Assembly (NCBI RefSeq): GCF_009914755.1
Contig: NC_060947.1
Length of the DNA: 64,000 bases
Source: the human T2T-CHM13v2.0 reference genome, Homo sapiens
Direction: 5' to 3' (one strand)
In this document: positions 31,761-48,959 of the stretch, piece by piece
Layout of the letters: every line of letters begins with the position of its first letter
Position numbering within the stretch: the first letter of the stretch is position 1
The notes under the pieces: model-generated
Told to the model about the DNA's origin: nothing
The model's database searches: none
The model's input: the letters and a program-made list of their open reading frames with translations, nothing else
Program-made: the position numbers and the translations under genes

Positions 31761-32699
31761 AATAAAAGCCATTACAAACTGCCAAAGTAAAATGTCCAGT
31801 CAACACACTGAAGTTCAAAGCCAAAGTTGTCTACCCTGGTCATAAATATGTTATTTTGGTCGACAATTCTGTTGTCCCAAAATTTATCAGGGATCTCAGT
31901 CTAACACACCAAAATTGGGGTTTAAGAGAGCTCTAGTTTGTATTTTTCTGTCCACAATCTGAACATGTGAAGAGAAATGATTGTAAGACAGATAGCACTC
32001 AAAATGTTACTTTTGTTACTATTATAGCTTATATTGGAAAATGTAGCTTATATCTGTCATCAAGTTGATTTCCTATTATTGAATTCCACAGGTTTCTCTA
32101 CCCAGTCTTGGTGCTGTTAGACTAGCATACATTTCTCTCACAGGAGCAGGCCCCTTTAGAGTATTTGAAGGATCAGAGCAGAAAACCTGCTCTCTGTAGA
32201 TATGTTCACTTCTAAGAAAATAATAGAGGAAATGCTAGGGATGTATAGGCTCTGTTTATTTAAACTTAACAATAAAATTAAGCTAATCTTCCTCTCCTGA
32301 AAAGGAATAAGAGAGGTTGTTTTCTTCACTATGAAGCTTTCTTCATTGTAATGGAAACTTTAAGAAATAAAGTTTTTCCACTTAACAACAGTAGATAAAA
32401 GGAAGAATTATTTTACAACTTAGGCTAAAATTTTCTGTTAATCTGTGCCACACCTTTACATTCTGTGACTAAAGATAGAAAATAAAAAACTGTCTTAATC
32501 AAAGAAAAACAAAAGATTTTTTAAAAAAAATCACTGGGACCTAGAACAATAGATTAAAAGTCAAGAAACATGTGGTCTATTCCAACACCATGCACAAGTT
32601 AATAAACTGCCAAAGTTTCAGGTTCCTCAATATAAGGGTAAGTATGAACTCATTTATAGGGATACAAATGATTTACATTAGATAAGTGATTCTCAGTGT

Positions 32700-33496
32700 A
32701 GAAGAGGAGGCATTACTTTCTAGGTAGGGAAGTGACTTCTTTTTCCCATAATATGATAAATTGGATATCCTGAACAATCTTCCTTGTGAAAATAAATAGA
32801 AAACCAGAATAGGCTTGCAGTCACTTATTTGAAAAATAATGCAAGTTAAATGCCTTTCCACAATAAAAACTTCAACGTTTGATGACTTCACTGGCAAGTT
32901 CTACCAAATGTTAAAGTTCCAAATAATTATAATATCAAATAAGCTTTTCCACAACAGCAAAAAGAAGGAAAACTCCACAACCAATGTTATGACCTAGATG
33001 GACCTGGATATCAAAGTAAAGACAGTTTGAAAAAGAAAAGGCAGAAGCCCATTTTACTCATTTATATAATGGGAAAATCTTAAAATATTAGCAAAACAAA
33101 ACAATAATACAATTTAAAAAATGATATGACCACGTTAGATTTATTCTCAGATCAAAAGATTGGGTGAATATTAGAAGCCCTATTGATCAATATAGTAAGA
33201 TGTAATATGTTTCATTACATTATAACATTTATGAAGAAAATAATATGAATATATCAACATGTGAATAAAATTGAAAAACATTGAACATCTGTTCACAAAA
33301 AAATTAGGGTAGGAAGAGAAGGAAACATTTTTAACTGATGAAAATATCTACAATAACTAAGCTTAGAACAAACTTAAGAGTGGAATATTATACTCTTCAT
33401 AATCAGGATCAAAACAATAATTCCTAGTTTTAATATTTCTATTCAGCATTTTACTGGAAGTCCTAGCCAGTGCACTAAACATTTTAAGACAAATTA
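32700..33496 (+). mobile_element. Ancient L1ME ORF2 remnant, left part (continues at about 46110)
   Basis: Decayed RT-region motifs ending 'ctggaagtcctagccagtgca'. The next ORF2 motif 'acagattggaaag' follows at about 46117. Confidence 0.6.
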
Positions 33497-35656
33497 GAGG
33501 AGGGGTGGGGCAACAATGCAGAATAGAAAGCTCCGCCAATCATTCCCTCTCCACCCCTTGGTAGGTAGATTAACTTCATATCACTGAAGTGGTGGGAAAA
33601 ACTCTTAAATTACTGGCTAAACACTCCCCCATTTTCCAGAAGTGGTGGCATGGTGCAGAGAGCATTTCTGAATGCTAGGGGCAAGAGAACACACCAATTG
33701 TGAGGCATTGAACTCAGTGCAGACCTTGTTATAGCAGAAAGTAAAACTGGACCAAACTCAGCTGACACCCATTCCAAATTGAGTGCCCGCAAGTCTTGAC
33801 ACCACGGGCTAAAGTGCTTCAGGGCCTCATATAAACTTGAAAGGCAGTCTACACCATGAGGGCTACAACACCTAAGGGAGTCCTAGTCTTGAAATGGACC
33901 CAGAGCCAGTGGATTTTGGGGGGTATGTGTACTACTGAGACACTATCTGGGATGGCTAAGGGAGTGCTGCCATCACTCTTCCCCAAACCCCAGGATGCAC
34001 AACTCATGATTCCAAAAGAGACCCCTCCTTTCTGCTTGAGGAAAAGAGATGAAAGAGTGCAGAGAACTTTGTCTCATATCTTGGATACCAGCTCAGCCAC
34101 AACAGGATAGGGCACCCGTCAGAGTCATGAGATTCCCTCTCCAGGCACTAGTCCTTGGATGATATTTCTAGATGCACCCTAGGCCAGAAAGGAACCCACT
34201 GCCTTGGAAGGAAGAACCCAGTCCTGGCATAATTCATCACCTGCTAATTGAAGCATCCTTGGGCCCTGAATAACCAGCAGTGATAACCCAGGTGCTATGT
34301 TGAGGGCCTTGGGTGAGACTCTGAGTCTTGCTGGCTTCAGGTGAGACTCAGCGCATTTCCAGCTATAGTGGCTACAGGGTAAGACTCCTTTCACTTGAAA
34401 AAAAGTTCAAGGAAAAGTAAAGATGACTTTGCCTTGCACTTTAGGTACCAGCTCAGCCACATGGGGGTAGAGTACCAAACAGGCACTTGGGGTCCCCAGT
34501 TTCGGGACTTGGCTCTTAGATGGCATTTCTGGACCTGCCCTTGGCCAGAAGGGAGCCCACTTCCCTAAAAGATGAGCCTCAGGCCTGGCAGCATTCATCA
34601 CAAGCTGAATGAAGAATCCTTGGGATTTAAGGGGAGATTGGCAGTAGTCTGGCAGTACTCCCTGTGGGTGTAAGGTGGCGATGGCCATGGGGTAAGGATC
34701 CTCTGCCTTTGGAAAGGGGAAAGAAAAATAGGAAGGACTGCATCTTGTTGTTTGAGTGTCAATCAGCCACAATACAATAGAACACAGGGTAGATTTCCAA
34801 GGTTTATGACTTTAGTCTCTGGCTTCTGGACAGTACATCTTGACCATCCTAAGGCCTGGTGGAACTTGTTGCCCTGAAGGGAAGGACATAGGCCTGACTA
34901 GCTTTGCCACCTGCTAACTGTAGGGTGCCAGAAGTTTGAACAAACATGGGTAGTAGCCAGGGAGTGATTACAGCAGGCCTCAGGTGAGACCCAGTACTGT
35001 GCTGGTTTCAGGTCTGACCCTGCACAATCTTATGGGTGGTAGTCACAGAGATGCTTGTGTCATCACACCTACAACTCCAGGCTACTCAGTACAGGGAGAG
35101 AAACTTTGATTGTTTGGCAGAAAGTAACAGAAGAGAACAAATATCTCTCCTGTGTAATCCAGAGAAATCTTCAAGAACTTGTTCAAGATTATCAAGGTGG
35201 TACATCTAAGAATGTGGAAGAATCACAGCATTACTGGGCTTGGGGTCCCCACTAAAGCAGAAACAGCCTAAATCACAAAATCTAAGTCCTTTCGAATATC
35301 TGGAAAGTGTTCCCAAGAAGAATGGGTGAAAACAAGCTCAAACTGAGAAGACAACAATAAATACCTAACTCTTTGATGCCCAGACACAGATGAATGTCTA
35401 CAAGTATAAAAATGATCCAGGAAAATATTTCCTCACCAAATGAACTAAACAAGGCATGAGGGATCGACTATGAAGAAACAGATATGTTGCCTTTCAGACA
35501 GAGAAAGCTATTCAAAATAGCTATGTTGAGGAAACTCCAGGAAATCCAAGATAACACAGAGAAAGAATTCAGAATTCTATCAGATAAATTTAACAAAGAT
35601 ATTGAAATAACTACAAACAATCAAGCAACAATTCTGGACTGAAAAAAATGCAGTTA

Positions 35657-38423
<2,767 letters not shown>

Positions 38424-38958
38424 GAAAAAAATGCAGTTAGCATACTGAAGAATAAATTCAGAATCTTTAATAGCAGAACCAATCAACCAGAAGAAAGAAT
38501 TAGTAAGCTTGAAGACAGGCAAATTGAACATACACAGTCAGAGGAGACAAAAGAAAATAAGGAAAGACAATAAAGCACACCTACAGGATCTAAAAAAAAA
38601 ATAGCCTCAAAATGGCAAATCAAATAGTTACTAGCTTTAAAATGGAAGTAAAGGGAGACATAGGTGTAGAGAGTTTACTCAAGGGGATAACAGAGAACAT
38701 CCCAAACCTAGAGAAAGATATTAATACCCAAGTATATGAAGGTTATAGAACACCAAACAGATTTAACCCAAAGAAGACTACTCCAAGGCACTTAATAATC
38801 AGACTCACAATGGTCAAGGATAAAGAGGGATCCTAAAAGCAACAAAAGAAAATAAACAAATAACATATAATGGAGCTCCAATGTATCTGGCAGCAAACAT
38901 TTCAGTGTAAACCTTACAGCCCAGGACAGAGTGGCATGACACATTTAAAGTGCTGAAG

Positions 38959-41313
38959 TGATATGGTTTGGCAGTGTCCTCACCTAAATCTCATTTTGAA
39001 TTATAGTTCCCATAATCCCCACATGTCATGGGAGGGACCCAGTGGGAGGTAATTTAATCATGGGGGAGGTTACCCTCATGCTGTTCCCATGACAGTGACT
39101 GAGTTCTCATGAGGTCTGATGGTTTTATAAGGGGCTATTTTTCCCTTTTGCTTGCCATTTTTCCTTGCTGCCACCATGTGAAGAAGGATGTGTTTGCTTC
39201 CCGTTCCACCATGATTCTAAGTTTCCTGAGGTCTCCCCAGCCATGCTGAAATGTGAGTCAATTAAACCTCTTTTCTTTATAAATTACCCACTCTGTGGTA
39301 TGTCTTTATTAGCAGTATAAGAATGAACTAATACAGTACATTGATGCCAGGAATGAGATGCTGCTATAAGGATGCTCCAAAATGTGGAAGTGACTTTGGA
39401 ACTGGGAAACAGGCAGAGATTGGAACAGTTTACAGGACACACAAAACAGACAGGAAAATGTGGGAAAGTTTGGAAGTTCCTAGAGACTTGTCCCAGCAGT
39501 AACCCACGGAACTTCCCTAACATCTGCCATACTTCTCCTCACATAACAAAAACTGAATGGCTTTGACCAAAATGATGATAGTGATATGGACAATGAAGTC
39601 CATCGTGAGGTGGCCTCAGACGGAGATGAGGAATTTGTTGGAAACTGGAGTAAAGTCACTTTTGCTATGCAGAGACTGGCAGCATTTTGCCCCTGCCCTA
39701 CAGATCTGTGGAACTTTGAACTTGAGAGAGATGATTTAGGGTATCAGGCAGAAGAGATTTCTTAGTGACAAAGCGTTCAAGAGGAAACAGAGCATAACAG
39801 TTTGGAAAATTTGCAGCCTAATGATGCAATAGAAAATAAAAATCCATTTTCTGGGGAGAAATTCAAAGCAGCTGCAGAAATTTGTATAAGTAACTAGGAG
39901 CCAAATGTTAATCACCAAGACAATGGGGAAAATGTCTCCAGGACATGTCAGAGATCTTCATGGCAGCCCCTCCCATCAGAGTTCTGGAGGCCTAGGAGAG
40001 AAAAATAGTTCCCTGGGCCAAACCCAGGGCCCCCCTGCTCTGTGCAGCCTTGAGACATGGTGCCCTGTGTCCCAGCTGCTGCAGCTCCAGCCATGGCTAA
40101 AAGGAGCCAACATACAGCTCGGGCCATTTTTTCAGAGTGTACAAGTCCCAAGACTTGGCAGCTTCCACATGGTGTTGAGCCTGCAGGTGCACAGAAGTCA
40201 AAAATTGAGGTTTGGAAACCTCTGCTTAGATTTCAGAGGATGTATGGAAATGACTGGATGTCCAGGCAGAAGTTTGCTAAAGGGGCAGAGCTCTCATGGA
40301 GAGTCTCTGCTAGGGCAGTGCAGAAAGGAAATGTGGGGTCAGAGCCCCCACACAGAGTTAACACTGGGGCATTGACTAGTGGAGCTGTGACAAGAGGCCC
40401 ACCGTCCTCCAGGCCCCAGAATGGTAAATCCACCAACAGCTTGTACCATGTGCCTAGAAAAACCACAGACACTCAAAGCCAGCCCATGAAAGCAGCCAGG
40501 AGGGGAGCTGTACCCTGCAATGCCACAGGGGTGGAGCTGTCCAAGGCTGTGGGAGCCCACCTCTTGCATCAGTGTGACCCAGATGTGAGACATGAAGTCA
40601 AAGAAGACCATTTAAAAATTTTAGGACTTAATGACTGCTCTATTGAATTTCCAATTTGCATGGGGTGAGCTGGCCCTTTGTTTTAGCCAATTTCTCTGAT
40701 TTGGAATGTGTGTATTTACCCAACGCATGTACCCACACTGTATCTAGGAAGTGACTAACTTGCTTTTGATTTTACAGGCTCATAGGTGGAAGGGACTTGC
40801 CGTGTCTCAGATGAGACTTTGGACTTGAACTTTCAAGTTAATGCTGGAATAAGTTAAGACTTTGGGGGACTGTTGGAAGGGCATGATTGTGTTTTGAAAT
40901 GTGAGGACATGAGATTTGGAAGGTACCAGGGGCGGAATGATATAGTTTGACTGTGTCCCCACCCAAATCACATCTTGAATTGTAGTTTCCATAATCCCCA
41001 CGTGTTGTGGGAGGGACCTAGTGAGGGGTAATTTAATCACTAGGGTGGTTTCCCTCACACTGTTCTCATGATAGTAAGTGAGTTCTCACAAGATCTGATG
41101 GTTTTATAAGGGGCTTTTCCCCCTTTTGCTAGCCATTTCTCCTTGCAGCCACCATGTGAAGAAGGACATGCTTGTTTCCCCTTCCACCATGATTGTAAGT
41201 TTCCTGATGCCTCCCCAGCCATGCTGAACTGTGAGACAATTAAACCTCTTTCCTTTATAAATTACCCAGTCTCAGGTATGTCTTTATTAGCAGAATGAGA
41301 ACAGACTAACACA
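38959..41313 (+). mobile_element. Complete THE1D-like MaLR provirus (LTR 38959-39335, internal 39336-40937, LTR 40938-41313)
   Basis: Two homologous ~376-bp LTRs (TG...CA), ~1.6-kb THE1 internal region, purine-rich tract before the 3' LTR, perfect 5-bp TSD tgaag (38954-38958; 41314-41318). Confidence 0.95.
39490..39554 (+). pseudogene. 65-bp nuclear mitochondrial insertion (NUMT) from MT-ND2
   Basis: Extra block between THE1-int 'gagacttgt' and 'tgaatggctttgacc'. Mitochondrial-code translation VPAVTHGTSLTSAMLLLT*QKL versus recalled human ND2 [22 protein letters not shown], gapless. Only 6 G in 65 nt. Confidence 0.85.
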
Positions 41314-44300
41314 TGAAGAAAATGAACTTTTACCCTAGAATAGTATAATAGTATATCTACTAAAAATATCCTTCACACATAAAGGAGAAATAAAGACTTT
41401 TCCAGACAAACAAAAGCTGAGGGATTTCACTAATATTAGGCCCATCCTACAAGAAATGCTACAGGGAGTACTTCAACTAAAAAAAAGTACATTAATGAGC
41501 AATAAATAAATGATCACCTGAAGGTACAAAACTTACTGGTAATAGTAAGTACACAGAAAAACACAGACTATTATAACACTGTAACTGCAGTATGTAAACT
41601 ACTTTTATCCTAAGAAGAAAGAATTAACAATAAGCCAATAAAAAATAATAACTACAATAACTTTTCAAGACACAACAGTACACTAAGATATAAATAGAAA
41701 CAATGCAAAGTTAAAAAGTGGGGGGACAAATTTAAGGCATAGAGTATTAGTTTTCTTTTTGTGTGTCTGTGTGTTTGTTTATGCAAACAGTGTTAAGTTG
41801 TTATCAGCTTAAAATAATTGGTTATAAAATAGCATTTGCAAGACACATAAAAATAAAAAGCAATAGACTAAATCATAAAACCAGAGAAAAACACCTTCAC
41901 TAAAGGAAGACAGGAAGGGAAGAAAGAAGGAAGAGAAGACCACAAAATGAGTAGAAAGAAAATGGCAGGAGTGAGTTCTTATTTGTCCATAATAACATCG
42001 AATGCCAATGGACTAAATTCTCCTATCAAAAGACAGACTGGCTGAATGGAAGAAACAAACAAGACCCATTTACCTGTTGCCTACAAGAAACACACTTCAA
42101 CTATAAAGACACACATAGACTGAAAATAAAGGGATGAAAATAGATATCCCATGCCAATGGAAACCAAAAAAGAACAGGAATAGCTATGTCTAATCTATGT
42201 CAGACAAAATAGACTTTAAGACAAAAACTATAAAAAGAGACAAAGAAGGTCACTATATATGATAAAGGGGTCAATTCAGCAAGAAGATACAGCAATTTTA
42301 AATATATGTACACCCAACACTGGAGCACAGATATATAAAGCAAATATTACAGCCAAAGAAAGTGATAGATCCTAATACAATAATAACTGGAGATTTCAAA
42401 ACCCTACTTTCAGCATAGAACAGCTCTTCTGGACAGAAAATCAACAAAGAAATACAGGCCTTACTCTGCCCTGTAGACCAAATGGATCTAATAGATATTT
42501 ACAGAAGATTTTATCCAATGGCTGCAGAATACACATTCTTGTCCTCAACACATGAATCATTCTGAAGGATACACCCATATGTTATGTCTCAAAACAAGTC
42601 TTACGACACTCAAAAAAAAAATGAAATCATATATAGCATCTCCTACGACCAAAATGGAGTAAAACTAGAAATCAATAATAAGATGAATTTTGGAAATTAT
42701 ACAAATACATGCAAAATAAACATTATGCTCCTAAATGACCAGCAGGTCAATGAGGAATTTAAGGAATTAATTGAGAAATTTCTTGAAACAAATGATAGTG
42801 GAAATATAGCATACCAAAACCTATGTGATATAGCAAAAGTAGTACTAAGAGGGAAGTTTACAGCTATAAGTACCTACATCAAAAAAGAGAAAAACTTCAA
42901 ATAAGCAACCTAATAATGCATCTTAAAGGACTAGAAAAGCAAAAGCAAACCAAACCCAGAATTAGTAGAAAAAATAATAAAGATCAAAAAAATGAAAATG
43001 AAATGAAAAAAGTACAAAATATCAACGAAACAAAAGCTGACTTTTTGAAAAGTTAAACAAAATGAACAAACATTTATCTAGACTAAGAAAAAAGAGAGAT
43101 AATCCAAATGAATAAAACCAGAGATGAAAAAGGAGCCATTACAACTGATACTGCAGAAATTCAAAGAATTGTTACTGGCTACTATGAGCAACTATATGCC
43201 AATAAATTGGAAAATCTAGGAGAAATGGACAAATTCTTAGAGACATATGACCTGCAAAGATTAAAATGGGAAGACATTCAAAACCCGAGCAGAGTAATAA
43301 CACATAACAACATCAAAGTCAAAATAAAAATTTTCCCAGTAAAGAAAAATTAAAGATCGGATGACTTCATTGCTGAATTCTACCAAACATTTAAAGAAGA
43401 ACTAATATCAATACTCAAAGTATTCTGAAATACATAGGAGAAAATACTTCCAAACTCATTCTATGAGGCCAGTATTAACCTAATACCAAAACATATATTT
43501 AAAAAAACAGGGAAATATCCCTAATGAATATTGATGTTAAAATGCTGAACAAAATATTAGCAAACCATAGTCATCAATACATTAGAAAGATCATTCTATT
43601 AATGTGAAAAAGCACTTGATAAAATTCAACATACCTTCATGATTAAAAACCCTACAAAAATGGGGCTAGAAGAAACATACCTCAACATAATAACAGCCAT
43701 ATATGACACAACGAGTATCATACTGAACGGGAAAAAACTGAAATCCTTTCCTCTAAGATCTGAAAAATGACAAGGATGCCCACTTTCACCTCTGTTATTC
43801 AACATAGTATTGGAAAGCCTAGCTAGACCAATCAAACAAGAAAAAAATAAAGGCCATCCAAATTGGAATTTAAGAGTCAGATTATCTTTGTTTACAGATG
43901 ATATGATCTTATATTTGGAAAAACCTAAACATTCAACAAAATAAGTATTAGAACTGATAAACAAATTCAGTAAAGTTATAAGATACAAAGTCAACATACA
44001 AAAATCAGTAGCATTCTATATGCCAACAGGAAACAATTTGAAAAAGAAATCAAACAAGTTATCCCATTTACAATAGCCACAAATAAAGTTAAATACCTAG
44101 GAATTAACTTAGCCAAAAAAGTGAAAGATCACTATAATAAAAACTATAAAACGCTGCTGAAAGAAATTGAAAAGGACACAAAAAAATTAAAAGATATTGC
44201 ATGTTCACAAATTAGAAGAATCAATATTGTTAAAATGTCCATACTACCCAAAGCGATCTAAAGAGCCAATGCAATTTCTATCAAAATAACAATTACATTC

Positions 44301-46109
44301 TTTATAGAAATAGAAAAACCTATCCTGTAATTTATATGGAATCATAAAAGACCAAGAATAGCCAAAGTTATGCTAAACAAAAAGGAAACTGGAAAAATTG
44401 CATTAGTTGACTTCAAATTATACTACAAAGCTATAGTAACTAAAACAGCATGACACTGGCATAAAATCAGACACACAGACCACTGGAACAGAATAGAGAA
44501 CCTAGAAACAAATCCAAACACCTAGAGTGAACTCATTTTTGAAAAAGGTGCCAAGGCCATAAACATATACACCTAATATGTATCCACAAAAATTAAAAAT
44601 TAAAAAATGAAATAACAAACATACACACTGGGAAATGACAGTCTCTTTAATAAATGGTTGGTGCTGGGAAAACTGTATATCCATATGCAGAAGAAAGAAA
44701 CTAGATCTCTACCCCTTGCCATATACACAAATCAAATTAAAATGGATTAAATGTTTAAATCTAAGACCCCAAACTATAAAACTACTACAAGAAAACATTG
44801 GAGAAATTCTCCAGGACTTTGGAGTGAGCAAAGATTTATTGAGTAATACTCCATAAGCACAGGAAACCAAAGCAAACATGGACAAATGGGATCAAACCAA
44901 GTAAAACAGCTTCTCCACAGCAGAAGAAACAAATCAACAAAATGAAGAGACAACCAACAGAATGGGAAAATATATTTGCAATCTTCCCACCTGACAAGGG
45001 ATTAATAACCAGAATATATAAGGAGCTCAAACAACTCTGTAGGAAAAAATCTAATAATCTGATAAAAAAAGGGCAGAAGATTTGAATAGACATTGCTCAA
45101 AAGAAGACATACAAATGGCAAATAGACATATGAAAAGGTGCTCAACATCACTGATCATCAGAGAAATGCAAACCAAAACTACAATGAGATATCATCTCAC
45201 CTCAGTTAACATGGCTTATATCCAAATGAGAGGCAATAAAAAATGCTGGTAATGATGTGGAGAAAAGGTAACCCTTGTAGACTGTTGGTAGGAATGTAAA
45301 TTAGCACGACTACTATGAAGAACTTTAGAGGTTTCTCAAGAAACTAAAAATAGAGCTATGACACAATCCAGCAATTCCACTTCTGGGTATATACCCACCA
45401 AAGAAGAAATTAGTATATCGAAGAGATATCTGCACTCCCATGTTTGTTGCAGCAGTGTTCACCATAGCTAAGATTTGGAAACTGTTTGTCCATCAACAGA
45501 TGAATGGAAAAAGAAAATGTGGTACTTTTACACAGTGGAGTACTATTTAGCCATCAAAAAGAATGAGATTCAGTCATTTGTAACAGCATGAATGGAACTG
45601 AGGGTTATTATGTTAAGTGAAATAAGCCAGGCACAGAAAGAAAAACATAACATGTGCCCACTTATTTGTGAGATCTAAAAATCAAAACAATTCTATCCCT
45701 GGATATGAGAGTATAATGGTTATCAGATTCTGCAAAGGGTAATGGGGTTTGGGGGGCAGATTTAGGTGATTAATGTGTACCTTAAAAATAGTTTAAATGA
45801 ATAAATAAGGCCTAGTATTTGATAGCACAACAGAGTGATTATAGTCAATGATAATTTAATTGTACATTTAAAAATAACTACATGAGTAGAATTACGTTGT
45901 TTGTAACACAAAGGATAAATGCTTGAGGGGATGGATACTCCATTTTCCATGACATGATTATTATACATTGCACGTGTGTATTAAAACATCTTATGTACCC
46001 CAGAAATACATAAACCTTTTATGTACTCCCCCAAAATTTTTAAATTTCAAAAAGTTACATTATTTTAAAAATATAAAAGTTACATTATTATTATTTTAAA
46101 GTTACATTA

Positions 46110-47520
46110 AAAGTGTACAGATTGGAAAGCAAGAAACAAAACTCTTATTATCTGTTTACATGAGAAACAGAAGAATATACAAACTATCACAATTAGTGAA
46201 ATAATTATCCTGTATTTTACATGTAAATCAATATGTACAATTATATTTTATATACCATCAACAGTTGGAAAATGTCATTTCTAAAGCTATAATTGCAATA
46301 ATAAAATAACAAAAATAAAAACCACAGCAATAATAATGTACCTAGAAATAAACATAATAAATTTTAAATTTAAGTAAAATATTAATATTTGTTGAAATTT
46401 ATTTCTAACATATTAATAAATTAAAATGCATACCAAATTCATATACAGAAATACTTGATATTATAAAGATGTAATTTCTCCCAAAATTGATCTATGGATT
46501 CAATATGATTCACTCAGAAAACTTGAGTTATTCTAAAATGTATATAGAAGAATATAGGATACACAATAGCCAAATCAATTTTAATAAAGAAAATATAAGT
46601 TGACAATGCCCTATCAGATATTATTATAAATCTACAATAATTTAGATGGTTAAGTGACAATCCAGTATATAATTAGAAAGAGTACACTGTCCCAAAACAT
46701 ATGCATGCATATACATAAGCTTTAGAAGACAGCATTAGAGATTAGTGGAAAAAGCATTTTTCAAGATTGAGTCAGCACCCAATTACATGAAGTCAATCTG
46801 GTGGGTCATAAAAAAACTAAAAAATATGCAAAAGGTTACCAATAGAGGAAACTAAATAAAGTGTATTTGGAATCTCTCTGTATTTTTTTTTAAACTGTAT
46901 TTGAATCTACAATTATCTCACCAAAAAAAGAATTAAAAATAGAATATAAAACAATGTAGTTTATCACACATAAGTATAAGCGATATTTAATTTAAGAATA
47001 AATTTGAGCCTGTATATGTATAAATGAGGATCAGTGCTGGATTACAATGAGAAATGCATTACTTACTATAATATGAGCCATGGACAAAAACTTGGAAATG
47101 GCTAGACATGTAATAAGTTTTCTGAGACAAGTGTTAATTAATATTGCAAAAATAATAAAAAATAGATTTTTACTTCACATCATACACAAAATTAATTCCA
47201 GATACATTAAGAACTTAAATATAGAGGCAAAACTATTTAAATTTTAGAAGAAAATATAGGAGAAATTTTAAACAGAAGCAAAAAAGCTACAAGCTATAAA
47301 AAATTTAATTCAATTAAAATTTAAACTTTACTTCTCAAAAGATATCAAAAAGGAAGGGATAAGACTGGACAAAAATAATCTATTTATAAATTATATGATA
47401 AATAATAATTACAATCCAACATCTCTCTCTCTCTCTCTCCTGAAAATCAATAAAGATAAGCAACTAAACAGAAAATTGCAACAAAATATATAAACAGATT
47501 TTTTTAAAGAATAAACACTA
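46110..47520 (+). mobile_element. Ancient L1ME ORF2 remnant, right part
   Basis: Decayed motifs (tacctagaaataaa; ttgatctatggattcaat; cacatcatacacaaaattaattccagat). Confidence 0.55.
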
Positions 47521-47549
47521 ACAACATGGATGAGTCTTATAGGATAAAG

Positions 47550-48201
47550 TTTTTTTTTTAATTTCCAACTTTCATTTAAAGTTCAGGGGTATATGAGCAG
47601 GATGGGCAGGTTTGTTAGATAGGTAAACGTGCATCATGGTGATTTCCTGCACAGATCATCCCATCACCCAGGTATTAATCCCAGCATCCACTAGCTATTC
47701 CTCCAGACTCTCTCCCTCCTCCCACCCCCTGCCCTCCAACAAGCCTCAATGTGTGTTGTTCCACCCCATGTGTCCATGTGCTCTCATCATTTTGCTCCCA
47801 CTTATAAGTGAGAACATGCGGTATTTGCTTCACTGTTCCTGTGTTAGTTTGCTGTGGATAATGGCCTCCAACTCCATCCATGTCCCTGCCAAGAACAAGA
47901 TCTCATTCCCTTTTATGGTTACTTAGCATTCCATGATGTATATGTACCACATTTTCTTTATCCATTTTATCAGTGATGGGCATTTTGGTTGATTCCATGT
48001 CTTTGCTATTGGGAATAATGTTGCAATGAATATACACATGCATGTGTCTTTATAATAGAACAATTTATATTCTCTTGGGTATATATTCAGTAATGGGATT
48101 GCTGGGTCAAATGGTATTTTTGCCTCTACGTCTTTAAGGAATCACCACACTGTCTTCCACAATGGTTGAACTAATTTAACACTCCCAGCAACAGTGTAAA
48201 A
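47550..48201 (-). mobile_element. L1PA (approx. PA11-13) 3' end
   Basis: Poly-T then 'aagttcaggggtatatg...cagatcatcccatcacccaggtatt...cccacttataagtgagaacatgcggta'. Confidence 0.88.
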
Positions 48202-48959
48202 CTAAATAATATACTGTTTAGGAATACATGAAAGTGTGACATTTTACATAGAGAATCAAGGAAACTATAAACACAAAATTCAAAACAGTGATTTCTTTGG
48301 ATTTGAAAGAGGGAAATGCAATTCAGTAGGAAGAGATAGGAGGCTTCAATTGTTTTTATAATTTCCTTTTTCTGAGTGAACAGTTTTTACTTTACCATTA
48401 TTCTTTAAACTGTACATATATGGATAACACGGTATGTACATGTTATATATTTATTAAAATATTACAAATATATATAATGTATGAGATAAATGCATAGATT
48501 AGAAAGCTCCCCCAATTTGTCCCCACATAATTAGTCATTAGGTGAAATAAAAATTTTAGTTTTAATGAATGGTGGATGAAACCTCACAAAATGCATATAA
48601 AAGGTAAAGTACTGTGCTGCTATAACTAGGGAGCTTTTTAATAGTCTTAAACACAAGTAAAATATTGTTCATGACCCTGGGAAATGTGGGAGATGTTTTA
48701 GGTCAGACTCATGCTGGAATTGCTTTCTCCATCAAAAATCAGTAGGATAGAACTCTTCCCATATCTACAAGGCAACTGAGCTATACATAAGGCAGAAAAA
48801 AAGATATGTAGCATTAAAAATAGTGAACACATCAGACAGCCATAAAATCACACCAAAGAAGCAGAAAAACTGTTCTGGTATTAAGGAGGTACATGCTACC
48901 TATGAATGCTTAATATCCCCTTGAGGAAAAAAATAGAATAGAAATACCATTTTTATTCC

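Noticed and set aside
39905-40668. 156-aa and 203-aa ORFs
   Set aside because: They lie within the THE1D internal region and are remnants or shadows of the known MaLR internal ORF.
46050-46110. Three spaced copies of aaagttacatta resembling a mini repeat-spacer array
   Set aside because: AT-rich slippage at the L1MA tail/target junction with irregular low-complexity spacers. Not CRISPR-like.
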